A stretch of 60,595 nucleotides of DNA, counting the filler. It is 3 parts of 3 records of this genome, joined end to end, with 100 filler letters (N's around TTAATTAATTAA, not from the genome) between each part and the next. Parts side by side here need not be neighbours in the genome. Positions count along the whole stretch, not along the records: positions 29,351 to 60,595 come from SRR2962707_1611; 2 more parts are not named here. One strand, written 5' to 3'. The notes beneath the pieces were generated by a model, which was not told the DNA's origin, ran no database searches, and saw nothing but the letters and a program-made list of their open reading frames with translations. Of this stretch, positions 32,376 through 42,448 are shown piece after piece (within the stretch, counting starts at the first letter, position 1; every line of letters starts with the position of its first letter). The translations under genes and the position numbers were made by a program.

Positions 32376-34127
32376 ATGTACAGTCAGAAAACCGCAAAGA
32401 GCTTCGAATTCTGGCAAGCGATGTCGCCGCGCGAAGCAATCGCGCATGCCTTTCGTGCCCACAAGGCCTATGACGATCCGGCCATGTTCATCACATTGCG
32501 CGAAGAGGCTGACTGCATGGCCATGGCCGAGCGGCTCGAAGCCGAAGGTCCGGAGGGAAAACCGCTCTACGGCCTGCCCTTCGCGGTCAAGGACAACATT
32601 GACGTGGCCGGCCTGCCAACCACCGCGGCCTGTCCGGAAGCTGAATATGTGGCCGAGGTTTCGGCCTTTGCGGTGGCTAGGCTCGAACAGGCCGGCGCCA
32701 TCTGCATCGGCAAGACCAATCTTGATCAGTTCGCCACCGGCCTCGTCGGCGTGCGCTCGCCCTATGGCGTCCCGCGCAACAGCCTCCGGGCGGATCTCAT
32801 TCCCGGCGGTTCCAGCTCCGGCTCGGCGGTGGCAGTCGGTGCGGGTATTGCTGCCTTTTCGCTCGGCACCGACACTGCGGGCTCCGGCAGAATTCCCGCC
32901 GGGCTCAATGGTATCGTCGGGCTGAAGCCCAGCCTCGGCCTGCTGTCGGCCACCGGTATGATGCCGGCCTGCCGCACGCTGGACACCATCTCCATTTTCG
33001 CCGCAGAGACTACCGACGCGGCACTGGCCACCTCGGTGGCCCAGGCCTATGACGCATCCGATTTCATGTCACGCCCGCTTCCAATGGCCGGCATTGCTCC
33101 GGTTGGCAAAACCTTCACCGTCGGGGTTCCGCTACCGGATCAAAGACTGTTTTTCGGCGATGCCGCCGCGCAGGAAGCCTATGAGGCCGATCTGGCAACG
33201 CTGGCTGAACTCGGCGGACAGATCGAGGAGATCGATTTCGAGCCTTTTCATGCCGTGGCGCGGCTGCTTTATGAAGGCCCCTGGGTGGCCGAGCGCTATC
33301 ACGCCGTCCGGGCCCTGATCGAGAGCACCCCGGAGGCGCTGCACCCCGTCACCCACAAGATCATCAGCGGTGCATCCCGGTTTTCCGCCGTGGACACCTT
33401 TGATGCGATCTACAAGCTGGCGGAGATGAAGCGGAAGATCGCGCCGGTGATCGAAGGGCTGGACTGTTTCGCTGTGCCGACGCTTCCCGCGGCCTACACC
33501 GTTGCCGAGGTCGAGGCCAATCCGGTTGAACTCAATTCCAATCTCGGCACCTACACCAATTTCGTCAATCTGCTCGACATGGCGGCGATCTCGGTGCCTG
33601 TCGGCGAGCGGTCTGACGGCCTGCCCTCGTCCCTCACCCTGATCGGACCCGCCGGATCCGACGCATTTCTCGCCGGCATTGCCCTCAGGCTCGAAACCGG
33701 TGAGAGCGCGACCACCGGGATTGCCGCCCGCCCCGGTGAAATCCTGATCTGTGTCGTCGGTGCGCATTTGAGCGGAATGCCGCTCAACCACCAACTGACA
33801 GATCGCAACGCGCGGCTTGTGGCGGCCACACTCACCGCGCCCGATTATGCGCTCTATGCGCTGTCCGGTACCGTGCCGCCAAAACCCGGTCTTGCCCGGA
33901 TGGGCGCCGGCGAAGGCGTGTCGATAGAGGTGGAAGTCTGGGCGCTGGATGCCGCCGGCTTCGGCAGTTTCGTCGATGGTGTGCCTGCCCCGCTCGGCAT
34001 CGGCACTGTCCGGCTTGAGGATGGATCACAAGTGAACGGCTTCATTGCCGAAGGCATTGCCATCGAACAGGCAACCGACATCTCGAGCTTCAAATCCTGG
34101 CGGAGCTATATCGCAAGCTGTTCCTGA
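32376..34127 (+). CDS. atzF: Allophanate hydrolase
   Basis: Amidase signature (AVKDNID, KTNLDQFATGLVG.RSPYG, GGSSSGS, GTDTAGSGR) plus C-terminal VVGAHLSGMPLN domain. Confidence 0.93.
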   Translation: MYSQKTAKSFEFWQAMSPREAIAHAFRAHKAYDDPAMFITLREEADCMAMAERLEAEGPEGKPLYGLPFAVKDNIDVAGLPTTAACPEAEYVAEVSAFAVARLEQAGAICIGKTNLDQFATGLVGVRSPYGVPRNSLRADLIPGGSSSGSAVAVGAGIAAFSLGTDTAGSGRIPAGLNGIVGLKPSLGLLSATGMMPACRTLDTISIFAAETTDAALATSVAQAYDASDFMSRPLPMAGIAPVGKTFTVGVPLPDQRLFFGDAAAQEAYEADLATLAELGGQIEEIDFEPFHAVARLLYEGPWVAERYHAVRALIESTPEALHPVTHKIISGASRFSAVDTFDAIYKLAEMKRKIAPVIEGLDCFAVPTLPAAYTVAEVEANPVELNSNLGTYTNFVNLLDMAAISVPVGERSDGLPSSLTLIGPAGSDAFLAGIALRLETGESATTGIAARPGEILICVVGAHLSGMPLNHQLTDRNARLVAATLTAPDYALYALSGTVPPKPGLARMGAGEGVSIEVEVWALDAAGFGSFVDGVPAPLGIGTVRLEDGSQVNGFIAEGIAIEQATDISSFKSWRSYIASCS

Positions 34128-34762
34128 ATGCGGGTTGAAAAGCGCTTCCAGGCACCCTCGACATAGCCGATATGGGCCTGCATGGCCCGTTCGGCCGTGT
34201 CGCGGTCAGCCCGGATGATGGCTTCGACCACGGCGGAATGCTCTGCATGCGAGGCCGCAAGCCTGCCCGGCGTTCCAAACTGCGCGCGGCGGAACGGCTG
34301 CAGTCTCAGCCGCGTGTTGAACGTCAACTCCGCCAGATAGGCATTGCCGGTTCCCTCGTAGATGGCCGAATGAAACGTTTCATTGGCAAGTGCGTAGTCA
34401 TCCCCCGCGCCCGCCCGGACGAGCGACGCCATCTCATCGTGCAATGTCTGAAAATCATGGCGCTGCCTGGCGCTCATCTGAAGCGCACTCTGCCCGGCGC
34501 ACATGGTCTCGAGCTGCGCCATAACGAAGAAGATATTGGCAAGCTCCTGATCATCCGGCTTGGCGACAATCGTTCGCCGGTGCGATGATTGCACCACCAG
34601 CCCGGTCACGCCAAGCTTGCGCAATGCCTCCCGGACCGGTGTGCGCGAGACATTGAATTCGGCGGCCAGCCGGGTTTCATCGAGCACGGTTCCGGGCTCG
34701 AGATCGCCGCTCACAATCCGCCGGGCAAGCTCATGTCGTATGGTCTCGGCACTGGTTCGCAT
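34106..34762 (-). CDS. GntR/FCD family regulator
   Basis: LDETRLAAEFNVSRTPVREAL HTH; last gene of the minus-strand operon. Confidence 0.92.
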   Translation of the reverse strand: MRTSAETIRHELARRIVSGDLEPGTVLDETRLAAEFNVSRTPVREALRKLGVTGLVVQSSHRRTIVAKPDDQELANIFFVMAQLETMCAGQSALQMSARQRHDFQTLHDEMASLVRAGAGDDYALANETFHSAIYEGTGNAYLAELTFNTRLRLQPFRRAQFGTPGRLAASHAEHSAVVEAIIRADRDTAERAMQAHIGYVEGAWKRFSTRIQEQLAI

Positions 34763-34792
34763 TGCGCGGCGTTTCCCCAAGGCACAGAAGGA

Positions 34793-35176
34793 TCAGGGCG
34801 TGTCTATAACACTCACATGCGCCGCCACAACCCGCCAGCCGTCTGCCATCCTCACCCAAGTCTGCATTTGGCGTCCGGTTTTACCCGGAGCAGATACGCG
34901 GGAAAACAGCGTCGATGCCGTAGCGAAATCATTGCCGTAGGTGGTGATGACAGTGCGCGACAGTGCGCGCTCCAGGCCCGCAGAGGGTCTTGCGTTTCTG
35001 AACGCCAAGATCTCGGCCGCGCCGTAGAGGTTTTCGCCGCCGCCATAGCGGATCGTGTGCTCGCTTTGCCAGAACAGCTCGTCGAGCACCGCCACGTCAT
35101 TGCTGACCAGCGCCTGCTCATAGCGTGCGAACGCGGCGGTCATCTCTTCATGCACATGCGGGTCATTGATCATCAT
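34793..35176 (-). CDS. atzH: AtzH/HpxZ (DUF3225) family protein
   Basis: [35 protein letters not shown] and WRVVAAHVS; context with atzE and atzG. Confidence 0.88.
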   Translation of the reverse strand: MMINDPHVHEEMTAAFARYEQALVSNDVAVLDELFWQSEHTIRYGGGENLYGAAEILAFRNARPSAGLERALSRTVITTYGNDFATASTLFSRVSAPGKTGRQMQTWVRMADGWRVVAAHVSVIDTP

Positions 35177-35949
35177 TGCCGGGATGATCCTTGCTGGGTC
35201 ATCCGGTCACGCAAATCGCGCAGGAAGGGAATGGTATCGAACTGGTCATCCTGAACGAAATCCCAGGCCACGCCCCTGGGCCGGGGCGCGGTGTTGCCGG
35301 TCACGATCAGCTCTTTTTCGGTGGCGATGAAATCCAACGGGGAATCATGGGCCATCATGAAAACCTTGCTCTCGGGCACCAGTTGCGAAGAATGAATCGT
35401 AGTCGCCATCGGCGTGTCCCGTCCGATGATGCCGAGCTCGCGGAAAATGCCGGTTTCCAGATCGGCAAATCCGGCACCCTTGCCTGTGCGACCGCCCTCG
35501 CGGCTCACGGCCACCGAACCGACAATGCAGAAATCAAGCGGCTCGACCTCTTCAAAGCCGATCCGCTCGCCATGCATCATGTAGCCTTCCGATGTGGCGG
35601 CGAGTTCGAACGAGACGCCCTTTTCGATGAGCACCTTCGGATCAATCCTGAGATAGGGGAACTCCCGGGTCAGATAGGGCACCGGCGCATAGAGCATCTT
35701 GCCTTCGTACAGCGCTCGAAGCCGCAACGGAATTTGCGGCGGGTCGGGATTGCACTTGACTGTTTTGGCCCGTTTCCATTCTTCCGTCTGCGCCAGATGC
35801 CAGGCAGCCTGATCCGCGCCGATGAAATTCGGGATGTGGCTCCAGGTTGGCCCCATCGCATGGCCGCCGGCGTCGAGAAGATCCCAGATCTCGCCGCGCA
35901 CCGCATCCTTGTTCTGGTCACGGCCGGACCATTTGCCCTGTTTGGTCAT
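35173..35949 (-). CDS. 5-formyl-THF cyclo-ligase paralog (COG0212/MTHFSD type)
   Basis: [40 protein letters not shown] and [12 protein letters not shown] overlaps on both sides. Confidence 0.82.
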   Translation of the reverse strand: MTKQGKWSGRDQNKDAVRGEIWDLLDAGGHAMGPTWSHIPNFIGADQAAWHLAQTEEWKRAKTVKCNPDPPQIPLRLRALYEGKMLYAPVPYLTREFPYLRIDPKVLIEKGVSFELAATSEGYMMHGERIGFEEVEPLDFCIVGSVAVSREGGRTGKGAGFADLETGIFRELGIIGRDTPMATTIHSSQLVPESKVFMMAHDSPLDFIATEKELIVTGNTAPRPRGVAWDFVQDDQFDTIPFLRDLRDRMTQQGSSRQ

Positions 35950-37358
35950 GCTGCTGCTCCTTCCAGTTTGGCGACGGGGGCGGATGCATGGCCGTTTTCC
36001 TCGAGCCAGGCGGCAACCCGCAATGCAATGTCCTCGCGCCAGGGCGCCGCAATGATCTGAACGCCGATTGGCAGCTTGCTGCCTTCAAGCCATACCGGCA
36101 CTGTCACCACCGGCAGACCGATGAACGATATAGGTTGGGTGAAAACACCGAGATTGGGCCGGACCGGGAGTTCCTTACCGCCCAGCACGAAAGTCTTCTG
36201 GCCGATCAGTGGCGCCACACAGGGAGTCGCGGGTGCAATCAGCACATCCACCTCTTCGAACAGCGCCCGCATTTGCGTGCGAAACAGCGCGCGGAATTTC
36301 TGCGCCTTGGCGACCCAGGCGCCGGAGATCATGGCACCGGCCAATAGGCGATCGCGTACATCCGGATCAAAATCCGCGTGCCTGGTCTTCAACCGGTCAA
36401 GATGCAGCGACGCACCCTCGGCCATAGTGATCAGATAGGCGCTGGCCCGAGCCAGTGCCGCATTCTCCACATCACGTGTCTCGCTCACCTTGAGCGCCGC
36501 GCAAATCCTGGTCACCGCGTCAAAGGCTTCCGCGTGACCGCCTTCCTCGAAATAGCCGCCGGCCTTGGCGATGCGCAAACCGTCAAGGTCGGCTGGAGGA
36601 TTGAGGGCCACCGGCGGATCGATGCGGTCCGTGCAGACAGGGTCGGCGGGATCTGCCCCAGTCATCGCATTGTAGGACAGGGCAAGATCGCTGACCGACC
36701 GGGCGAGCGGCCCGAGATGATCAAGGCTTGCAACAAATGGGAAAGAGCCGCTGCGCGAAAGACGGCCATAGGTCGGCTTCAAGCCGAACAGCCCGCACAA
36801 GGACGCAGGCACCCGGATCGAACCGTTGGTATCAGAGCCCAGCGTCAGCGGCACAAATCCCGCCGCGGCAGCCGCGCCCGATCCGCCCGAGGATCCGCCG
36901 GTCATGTGTTCGCGCGCATGCGGGTTGCGCGAGGGACCATCATGGTAATTCTCGCCGGTGAAATCATAGGCGTATTCGCCCATGTTGAGCGCACCCACCA
37001 GTATGGCGCCGTTTGCCTCGAGCCGCTCAATCAGCACAGCATCCTTTGAAGCCGGCGCCGTGTCACGGTTGATCTTGGAGCCCGCCAATGTGGCGATGCC
37101 TTTGACGTCAAAGAGGTTCTTGACCGCAAAGGGGACACCGGCCACCGGTCCGGGATCTTCGCCGCGCTTGATACGCGCGTCGATGTCTGCGGCCCTCGCG
37201 CGCGCCCGCTCTTGGGCAACACAGGTGAACGCGCCAATGGCGGTATCGTGCGCGCCGATCTTGTCGAGGCATGCATCGATCACGGCGCTCGCTGAAACCG
37301 TCCCGCCGCGCACCGCCTCGGCGATTTCAGCTGCTGTTGCGACTGTCCAATCGGTCAT
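35946..37358 (-). CDS. atzE: AtzE-family amidase (1-carboxybiuret hydrolase-like)
   Basis: AVKNLFD, NMGEYAYDFTGEN, GGSSGGS, GSDTNGSIR and FTQPISFIGLP; preceded by a small atzG-like gene. Confidence 0.88.
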   Translation of the reverse strand: MTDWTVATAAEIAEAVRGGTVSASAVIDACLDKIGAHDTAIGAFTCVAQERARARAADIDARIKRGEDPGPVAGVPFAVKNLFDVKGIATLAGSKINRDTAPASKDAVLIERLEANGAILVGALNMGEYAYDFTGENYHDGPSRNPHAREHMTGGSSGGSGAAAAAGFVPLTLGSDTNGSIRVPASLCGLFGLKPTYGRLSRSGSFPFVASLDHLGPLARSVSDLALSYNAMTGADPADPVCTDRIDPPVALNPPADLDGLRIAKAGGYFEEGGHAEAFDAVTRICAALKVSETRDVENAALARASAYLITMAEGASLHLDRLKTRHADFDPDVRDRLLAGAMISGAWVAKAQKFRALFRTQMRALFEEVDVLIAPATPCVAPLIGQKTFVLGGKELPVRPNLGVFTQPISFIGLPVVTVPVWLEGSKLPIGVQIIAAPWREDIALRVAAWLEENGHASAPVAKLEGAAA

Positions 37359-37543
37359 GGCTTGAACACCGGAGCAGGTTCCACGTCATCTTCCATCGGC
37401 AAGGCCAGAAGCCCGGCAGCAATGCCGCGTGCGGAAGTTAGGTGGAAGGTGATACCGGGCCGATAGGCCGGTTCATCGGGCAGGCCGAGATAGGCGAGCA
37501 TGCTTTCGGCAATCGCATCTGCGTCGAATTCGTCCTGGCTCAT
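37355..37543 (-). CDS. atzG: AtzG/HpxX-like (DUF4089, GatC-like) small subunit
   Basis: 62 aa ending EPAPVFKP; translationally coupled to atzE. Confidence 0.8.
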   Translation of the reverse strand: MSQDEFDADAIAESMLAYLGLPDEPAYRPGITFHLTSARGIAAGLLALPMEDDVEPAPVFKP

Positions 37544-38220
37544 GCATGCACCTCCTTTGGCTCAAAAGCCGCGGCAAGCGCGCTCAAAGGCGTTGCCCAG
37601 CCGACAATTCCACCTTGCGCGGTGATCATCTCGATGGTGCCGGTCTTGAAGTGTTCAAAATAGCTTTCCGTCGCATCGGTGACCAGCAGGCATTCATAGC
37701 CCCGGTCATTGGCCTCGCGCATCGAAGTCTGCACGCAGACTTCCGTGGTCACCCCGGCAAAGACCAGATGGGTGATGCCTGCAGCCTGCAAACGTTCATG
37801 CACTCCGGTGTTCCAAAACATCCCCTTGCCCGGTTTGTCGATCACCCACTCGCCTTCCACCGGCGCCAGCGCCTCGACAATCTGATTGCCTGCCTCGCCG
37901 CGCACCAGGAGCCGACCCATCGGGCCTTCCTCGCCGATCCGCACCGAGGCACTGCCGCGGGCCACCTTGCTCGGCGGGCAATCCGACAGGTCCGGCAGAT
38001 GCGCTTCGCGGGTATGGATCACCGTCAGGCCACGATCCCGGAACAGCGCCAGCAGACCGGCAACCGTCGGGATGATCGCAGAAAGCCGCGAGACATCGTT
38101 TCCGAGTGCTGCACCGAAGCCACCGGGCTCGATGAAGTCGCGTTGCATGTCGATGACCACCAGAGCGGTTCCAGCCACCGGCAGCTGGTAATCATATGGG
38201 TCCGCTTTCACGCTCAGCAT
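37540..38220 (-). CDS. trtA: Triuret hydrolase-like cysteine hydrolase
   Basis: D-K-C triad (IDMQRDF, DKPGKG, TTEVCV); GGFG..LGND, EVCVQT, TESY and QGGIVG match the residues I recall distinguishing TrtA from BiuH. Confidence 0.8.
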   Translation of the reverse strand: MLSVKADPYDYQLPVAGTALVVIDMQRDFIEPGGFGAALGNDVSRLSAIIPTVAGLLALFRDRGLTVIHTREAHLPDLSDCPPSKVARGSASVRIGEEGPMGRLLVRGEAGNQIVEALAPVEGEWVIDKPGKGMFWNTGVHERLQAAGITHLVFAGVTTEVCVQTSMREANDRGYECLLVTDATESYFEHFKTGTIEMITAQGGIVGWATPLSALAAAFEPKEVHA

Positions 38221-38224
38221 TGTC

Positions 38225-39790
38225 TCAGTGTCCCGCCATGTATTTCCCGATGGTGTTGCGGTCGGTCTCGTCAATCGCTGCCTGATAGGTGATCTGTCCA
38301 CCGGACATCACCGCCACCCGGTCGGAAAGCTCGAGGATTTCGTCGAGATCTTCTGACACCAACAGGATCGCGGCCCCTTTGTTACGCTGATCGATCAGCT
38401 GCGCCCGGATTTCGGCCACGGAGGCGAAATCCAGCCCGAAACAGGGATTGGCGACAATCAGCACATTGACGTCACCCGAAAGCTCGCGGGCGAGAATGGT
38501 TCTCTGCACATTGCCGCCGGACAGGTTTTCGATCGGCGTCTCCGCCGACGGCGTTTTGACGTGGTATTGTTCAATGAGCCTTACAGCGTTGTCGCGTATG
38601 GCGGCCGGCTTGAGCCACCAGCCGATGCTGGCCATCGGCGGCTTGTCAAAGCTGCGGAAGGCGATATTTTCCGCCACGCTCATGCGTTTGACAGCTGCAT
38701 TTTTCAAAGGCTCCTCGGGCAGGCCGAAAACCTTCAGTTCGGCAAAATCCTTGCGGGTGGCATCAAAGTGCTGACCGTTGACGATAACAGCACCACCGGC
38801 AAGGCTGCGCTGACCGGCGAGCGCCTCCACCAGTTCAGACTGGCCGTTTCCGGAGACGCCCGCAATGCCGACAATCTCGCCGCCCTTGGTCTTCAAATTG
38901 ACGGTGTCGACCGCCCGCATGCCCTCATTGTTATCAACGATCAGGCCAGCGATCTCCAGCGTGCTCTTGGGTTCGACCTTGGCCAAACGCGGCGCTTTTT
39001 CGCGCATCTGCGCTTCGCCGATCATCATCTTCGACATGTCATCAGTGCTCAGATCCTGAACCGAACCACTGCCTGCGAGCTTGCCACGCCGGAGCACGGT
39101 CACGCGGTCGGCAAACGCTGTCACCTCACGAAACTTGTGCGTGATCATCAACACGGTGATGTCGCCTGCACGCGCCATATCATGCAGCAGGCCGAGGATT
39201 TCGTCAGCCTCACCCGGCGTGAGAACCGATGTCGGTTCATCAAGGATCAGGAAACGCTGGTTGAGGTATAGCTGCTTGAGGATCTCGAGCTTTTGCTTCT
39301 CGCCTGCCGACATGTCGGCGGCAACCGTATCGAGCGGAACCCGGAAAGGCATCCGATCCATAAAGGCTTGAAGCTGTTCCTTCTCCCTGGTCCAGTTGAT
39401 TACCGCCGGCGCATCGGCGCGCGATATCACCATGTTCTCTGCAGCCGTCAGGCAGGGAACAAGGGTGAAATGCTGATAGACCATGCCGATACCGGCGGCC
39501 TGGGCATCGGCCGGAGCCTTGATCTGGACTTCGCGATTGCCAACCAGCAACTGCCCCTTGGTCGGCTGGTAAAAACCCATGATGCATTTGACCAGTGTCG
39601 ACTTGCCGGCGCCGTTCTCGCCCAGAAGCGCGTGGAACTCGCCCGCGCCAACCTTGATCGAGACATCATCGAGCGCCACCAGCGAACCGAAGACCTTGGT
39701 CATCGAAACGGTCTCCAATGAAAACGCGCCGGTTCTGCCTCCCGTCAGCGGGTAGGCCGAAAGATCTTCCGGAAGAGCCAGCGCGGTCAT
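38225..39790 (-). CDS. ABC ATP-binding protein, two-domain (CUT2/nucleoside type)
   Basis: [24 protein letters not shown] and SEDLDE motifs. Confidence 0.93.
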   Translation of the reverse strand: MTALALPEDLSAYPLTGGRTGAFSLETVSMTKVFGSLVALDDVSIKVGAGEFHALLGENGAGKSTLVKCIMGFYQPTKGQLLVGNREVQIKAPADAQAAGIGMVYQHFTLVPCLTAAENMVISRADAPAVINWTREKEQLQAFMDRMPFRVPLDTVAADMSAGEKQKLEILKQLYLNQRFLILDEPTSVLTPGEADEILGLLHDMARAGDITVLMITHKFREVTAFADRVTVLRRGKLAGSGSVQDLSTDDMSKMMIGEAQMREKAPRLAKVEPKSTLEIAGLIVDNNEGMRAVDTVNLKTKGGEIVGIAGVSGNGQSELVEALAGQRSLAGGAVIVNGQHFDATRKDFAELKVFGLPEEPLKNAAVKRMSVAENIAFRSFDKPPMASIGWWLKPAAIRDNAVRLIEQYHVKTPSAETPIENLSGGNVQRTILARELSGDVNVLIVANPCFGLDFASVAEIRAQLIDQRNKGAAILLVSEDLDEILELSDRVAVMSGGQITYQAAIDETDRNTIGKYMAGH

Positions 39791-40503
39791 GATATCTGCT
39801 CCAGAGCGTCGAGCACTTTCTCGCTTGATGCCACAGCGCCAAATACGCCACCCTGCATCTTGATCATATCGATGGCGGCCAGATGGTTTTCGAGTTTGGT
39901 CGCACCGCAGCCGTCCTCGACCATGAGGCATTCAAAGCCCCGGTCATTGGCTTCGCGCATGGTGGTGTGGACGCAGACATCGGTGGTGATGCCGGTCAGG
40001 ATGATGTTGCGGATGCCTTTGACATGCAGCAGCATTTCCAGATCGGTGGCGCAGAACGATCCCTTGCCGGGCTTGTCGATGATGGGCTCGCCCGGAAGCG
40101 GTGCCAGTTCGTCGATAATTTCCCAGCCTGGTTCGCCTCGCACCAGTATACGCCCGCACGGTCCCGGATCGCCAATGCCTGCGCCGATGCGCTGCGAACG
40201 CCAGCGCTTGTTGGCCGGCAGATCCGACAGATCGGGCCTGTGGCCTTCGCGGGTGTGAATAACCAGCATTTCCATGGCACGCGCCGCATCGAGCAGAGAT
40301 CTGATCGGTCCGATCGGGGCGCGGGTGAGAGACAGGTCGTAGCCCATCTTGTCGACATAACCGCCCGAACCGCAGAAATCGGTCTGCATGTCGATGATGA
40401 TCAGCGCCGTGTTGGCAGCCGTGAGATTGCCGTCATAGGGCCAGGGGTAAGGATCGGCTTTGACCGGCCCTTCAGCCAGGAGATCTGCGGAGATGGCATT
40501 CAT
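39787..40503 (-). CDS. biuH: Biuret hydrolase
   Basis: [44 protein letters not shown] and MQGGVFG (Gln, not the Glu I recall for guanylurea hydrolase). Confidence 0.87.
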   Translation of the reverse strand: MNAISADLLAEGPVKADPYPWPYDGNLTAANTALIIIDMQTDFCGSGGYVDKMGYDLSLTRAPIGPIRSLLDAARAMEMLVIHTREGHRPDLSDLPANKRWRSQRIGAGIGDPGPCGRILVRGEPGWEIIDELAPLPGEPIIDKPGKGSFCATDLEMLLHVKGIRNIILTGITTDVCVHTTMREANDRGFECLMVEDGCGATKLENHLAAIDMIKMQGGVFGAVASSEKVLDALEQIS

Positions 40504-41519
40504 TCAGCCGCCTCCCCGAGCTTGCTTTCGCCATAACGGCGCGTCGGGCGCTCAAAGCCGCAAGAGGTACCGTCGGTGTGAACCACCTCGTTTTCCCATG
40601 GCAGTTTATAGGTTCCCGCCACCATGTCCTGCATGAATGTGTAGGGACAATCCTGCGCGCCGCCGAGCACGGCGGTGTAACCACGATGGCCAAGTTGGTA
40701 GATGTTGTTTTCAACCGACCAGTGCTTGCGCGCCTCGCGCACAAGATCGGGCCGCACTTCTGCGGTGATGATCTCGTCGACCCGGCCGGATGTGCCATGG
40801 GCCAGCACCGCGCCATCAAAATTGACGATCATGCCCTCGCCCATGGAATCGAAGGTGCCGTCCGAGCCACACATGCAGACATTGGCCGTCACCATCAGAT
40901 TGCTGAACGAGTTGGACAGGTTGGTGAAACGCCAGCTGTCGCGGATCGGCGCGGTGTAGCCGGCCGTCCGGAGCATGATTTCCGCGCCCTTGTAGGCGCA
41001 TTCCCGCGCCATCTCCGGAAACATGCCGTCATGGCAGATGATCAGCGCCAGCTTGCAGCCCTTGGGCCCGTCGATCACCGGTATGCCGAGGTCACCGGGC
41101 TCCCAGGGCTCGACCGGAACCCAGGGGTGGAGCTTGCGGTAGTAGAGCTTCACCTCGCCCTGGTCATCGATCACGATGCCGGTGTTGTAGGGATTGCCGT
41201 CCGGATTGTACTCCATGATCGAGAAACAGCCCCAGATCGAATTGTCGATGCAGGCCTGCTTGAAAGCCGCGACTTCGGGGCCGTCCATTGACACCATGAT
41301 CTCCGGACTGGTGTCCATCGACAGGCCGTGCAGTGCGTATTCGGGAAACACCACAAGATCCATGGTTGCCATGTTGCGCCGTGCCTTGCCGACCATGGAA
41401 ACAATCTTCTCGGTCTGGCGGGCAAGATCGTGCCGGGTCTTGACCAAAGGCAATTGCAGTTGCACGACCCCGATGACGACGCCGTTTGGAGTCTTGTTCA
41501 AACCGCCGAGTGCGCTCAT
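40500..41519 (-). CDS. amiF: Formamidase (AmiF type, nitrilase superfamily)
   Basis: E-K-C triad in [19 protein letters not shown] and ICHDG (CHD as in AmiF rather than CDD of AmiE); start at ATG 41519. Confidence 0.85.
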   Translation of the reverse strand: MSALGGLNKTPNGVVIGVVQLQLPLVKTRHDLARQTEKIVSMVGKARRNMATMDLVVFPEYALHGLSMDTSPEIMVSMDGPEVAAFKQACIDNSIWGCFSIMEYNPDGNPYNTGIVIDDQGEVKLYYRKLHPWVPVEPWEPGDLGIPVIDGPKGCKLALIICHDGMFPEMARECAYKGAEIMLRTAGYTAPIRDSWRFTNLSNSFSNLMVTANVCMCGSDGTFDSMGEGMIVNFDGAVLAHGTSGRVDEIITAEVRPDLVREARKHWSVENNIYQLGHRGYTAVLGGAQDCPYTFMQDMVAGTYKLPWENEVVHTDGTSCGFERPTRRYGESKLGEAAE

Positions 41520-41530
41520 GATTTCGTCTC

Positions 41531-42448
41531 CTATTTCGCGATTGAAAGTTCGCCCGGCGCCGCGCGGGCCGAGTTGCGACCGCTGGCAGCGACCATGATG
41601 AAAAGCGTCAGGATGTAAGGCGCCGCATTGAAGAAATAGTAGCCCTGACTGATGCCCACCGATTGAAGTGCCGGACCAAGGGCGCCGGCCGCACCGAAGA
41701 GAAGGGCCGCGATGATGCAGCGCAGCGGGTTCCACCGCGCGAAGATCACCAAGGCGACCGCCATCAGCCCCTGCCCCGAAGACAGGCCCTCGTTCCAGCT
41801 CCCCGGATAGGACAGCGACAGGAACGCGCCGCCGATGCCGGCAAGAAAACCGCCCGCCGCAGTCGCTAGAATGCGAACCTTGACCGGGTTGATGCCCATG
41901 GCGCGGGCCGCAGGCTCTGAATCGCCGGTCATGCGGACCACCAGGCCCACCCGCGTGTTGGCGAGCGCCCACCACATAACGAAAGCGATGACGATTCCGA
42001 CGATGAACAGCGGATTGATTTCGAGCGCCTGCTCAAGCGCTGGGTTGGAAGCCCAACCGCCAAGCGGCAGGCTTTCAAGCCGCGGTGCAGAAGGTTGGAT
42101 GTAAGGCTTGCCAAAGAAGAAGGCGACCCCGGTGCCGAACGACATCATGGCAATGCCAACCGCAATGTCGTTGACCTTTTTCAGGCTGCAGATGACGCCA
42201 TGCATCAGGCCGAGAAACACGCCTGAAAACCCGGCAGCCAGCACGCCGAGCCAGGGCGATCCGGTATGAAACGAGATGGCATAGGCGACCATGGCGCCCA
42301 GCACCAGATTGCCTTCCAGCCCGAGATTGATGCGGCCCGATTTCTCGGTCAACGTCTCGCCCAGCGCCACGAAAATGAACGGCGTGGACACCCGGATGGC
42401 TCCACCCAGCATGGCGATAAGAATGGTTGTTAGCGCTTCTGCCGTCAT
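41531..42448 (-). CDS. ABC permease (nucleoside/BMP type)
   Basis: EKSGRINLGLEG, G.G..AVALVIF..WNP and PYILT motifs. Confidence 0.9.
   Translation of the reverse strand: MTAEALTTILIAMLGGAIRVSTPFIFVALGETLTEKSGRINLGLEGNLVLGAMVAYAISFHTGSPWLGVLAAGFSGVFLGLMHGVICSLKKVNDIAVGIAMMSFGTGVAFFFGKPYIQPSAPRLESLPLGGWASNPALEQALEINPLFIVGIVIAFVMWWALANTRVGLVVRMTGDSEPAARAMGINPVKVRILATAAGGFLAGIGGAFLSLSYPGSWNEGLSSGQGLMAVALVIFARWNPLRCIIAALLFGAAGALGPALQSVGISQGYYFFNAAPYILTLFIMVAASGRNSARAAPGELSIAK

Noticed and set aside
41520-41975. N-terminal extension of formamidase given by the ORF track (similarly for murE, trtA, the ABC ATPase and BMP)
   Set aside because: The extensions overlap upstream genes or promoters; downstream ATGs fit the family N-termini.
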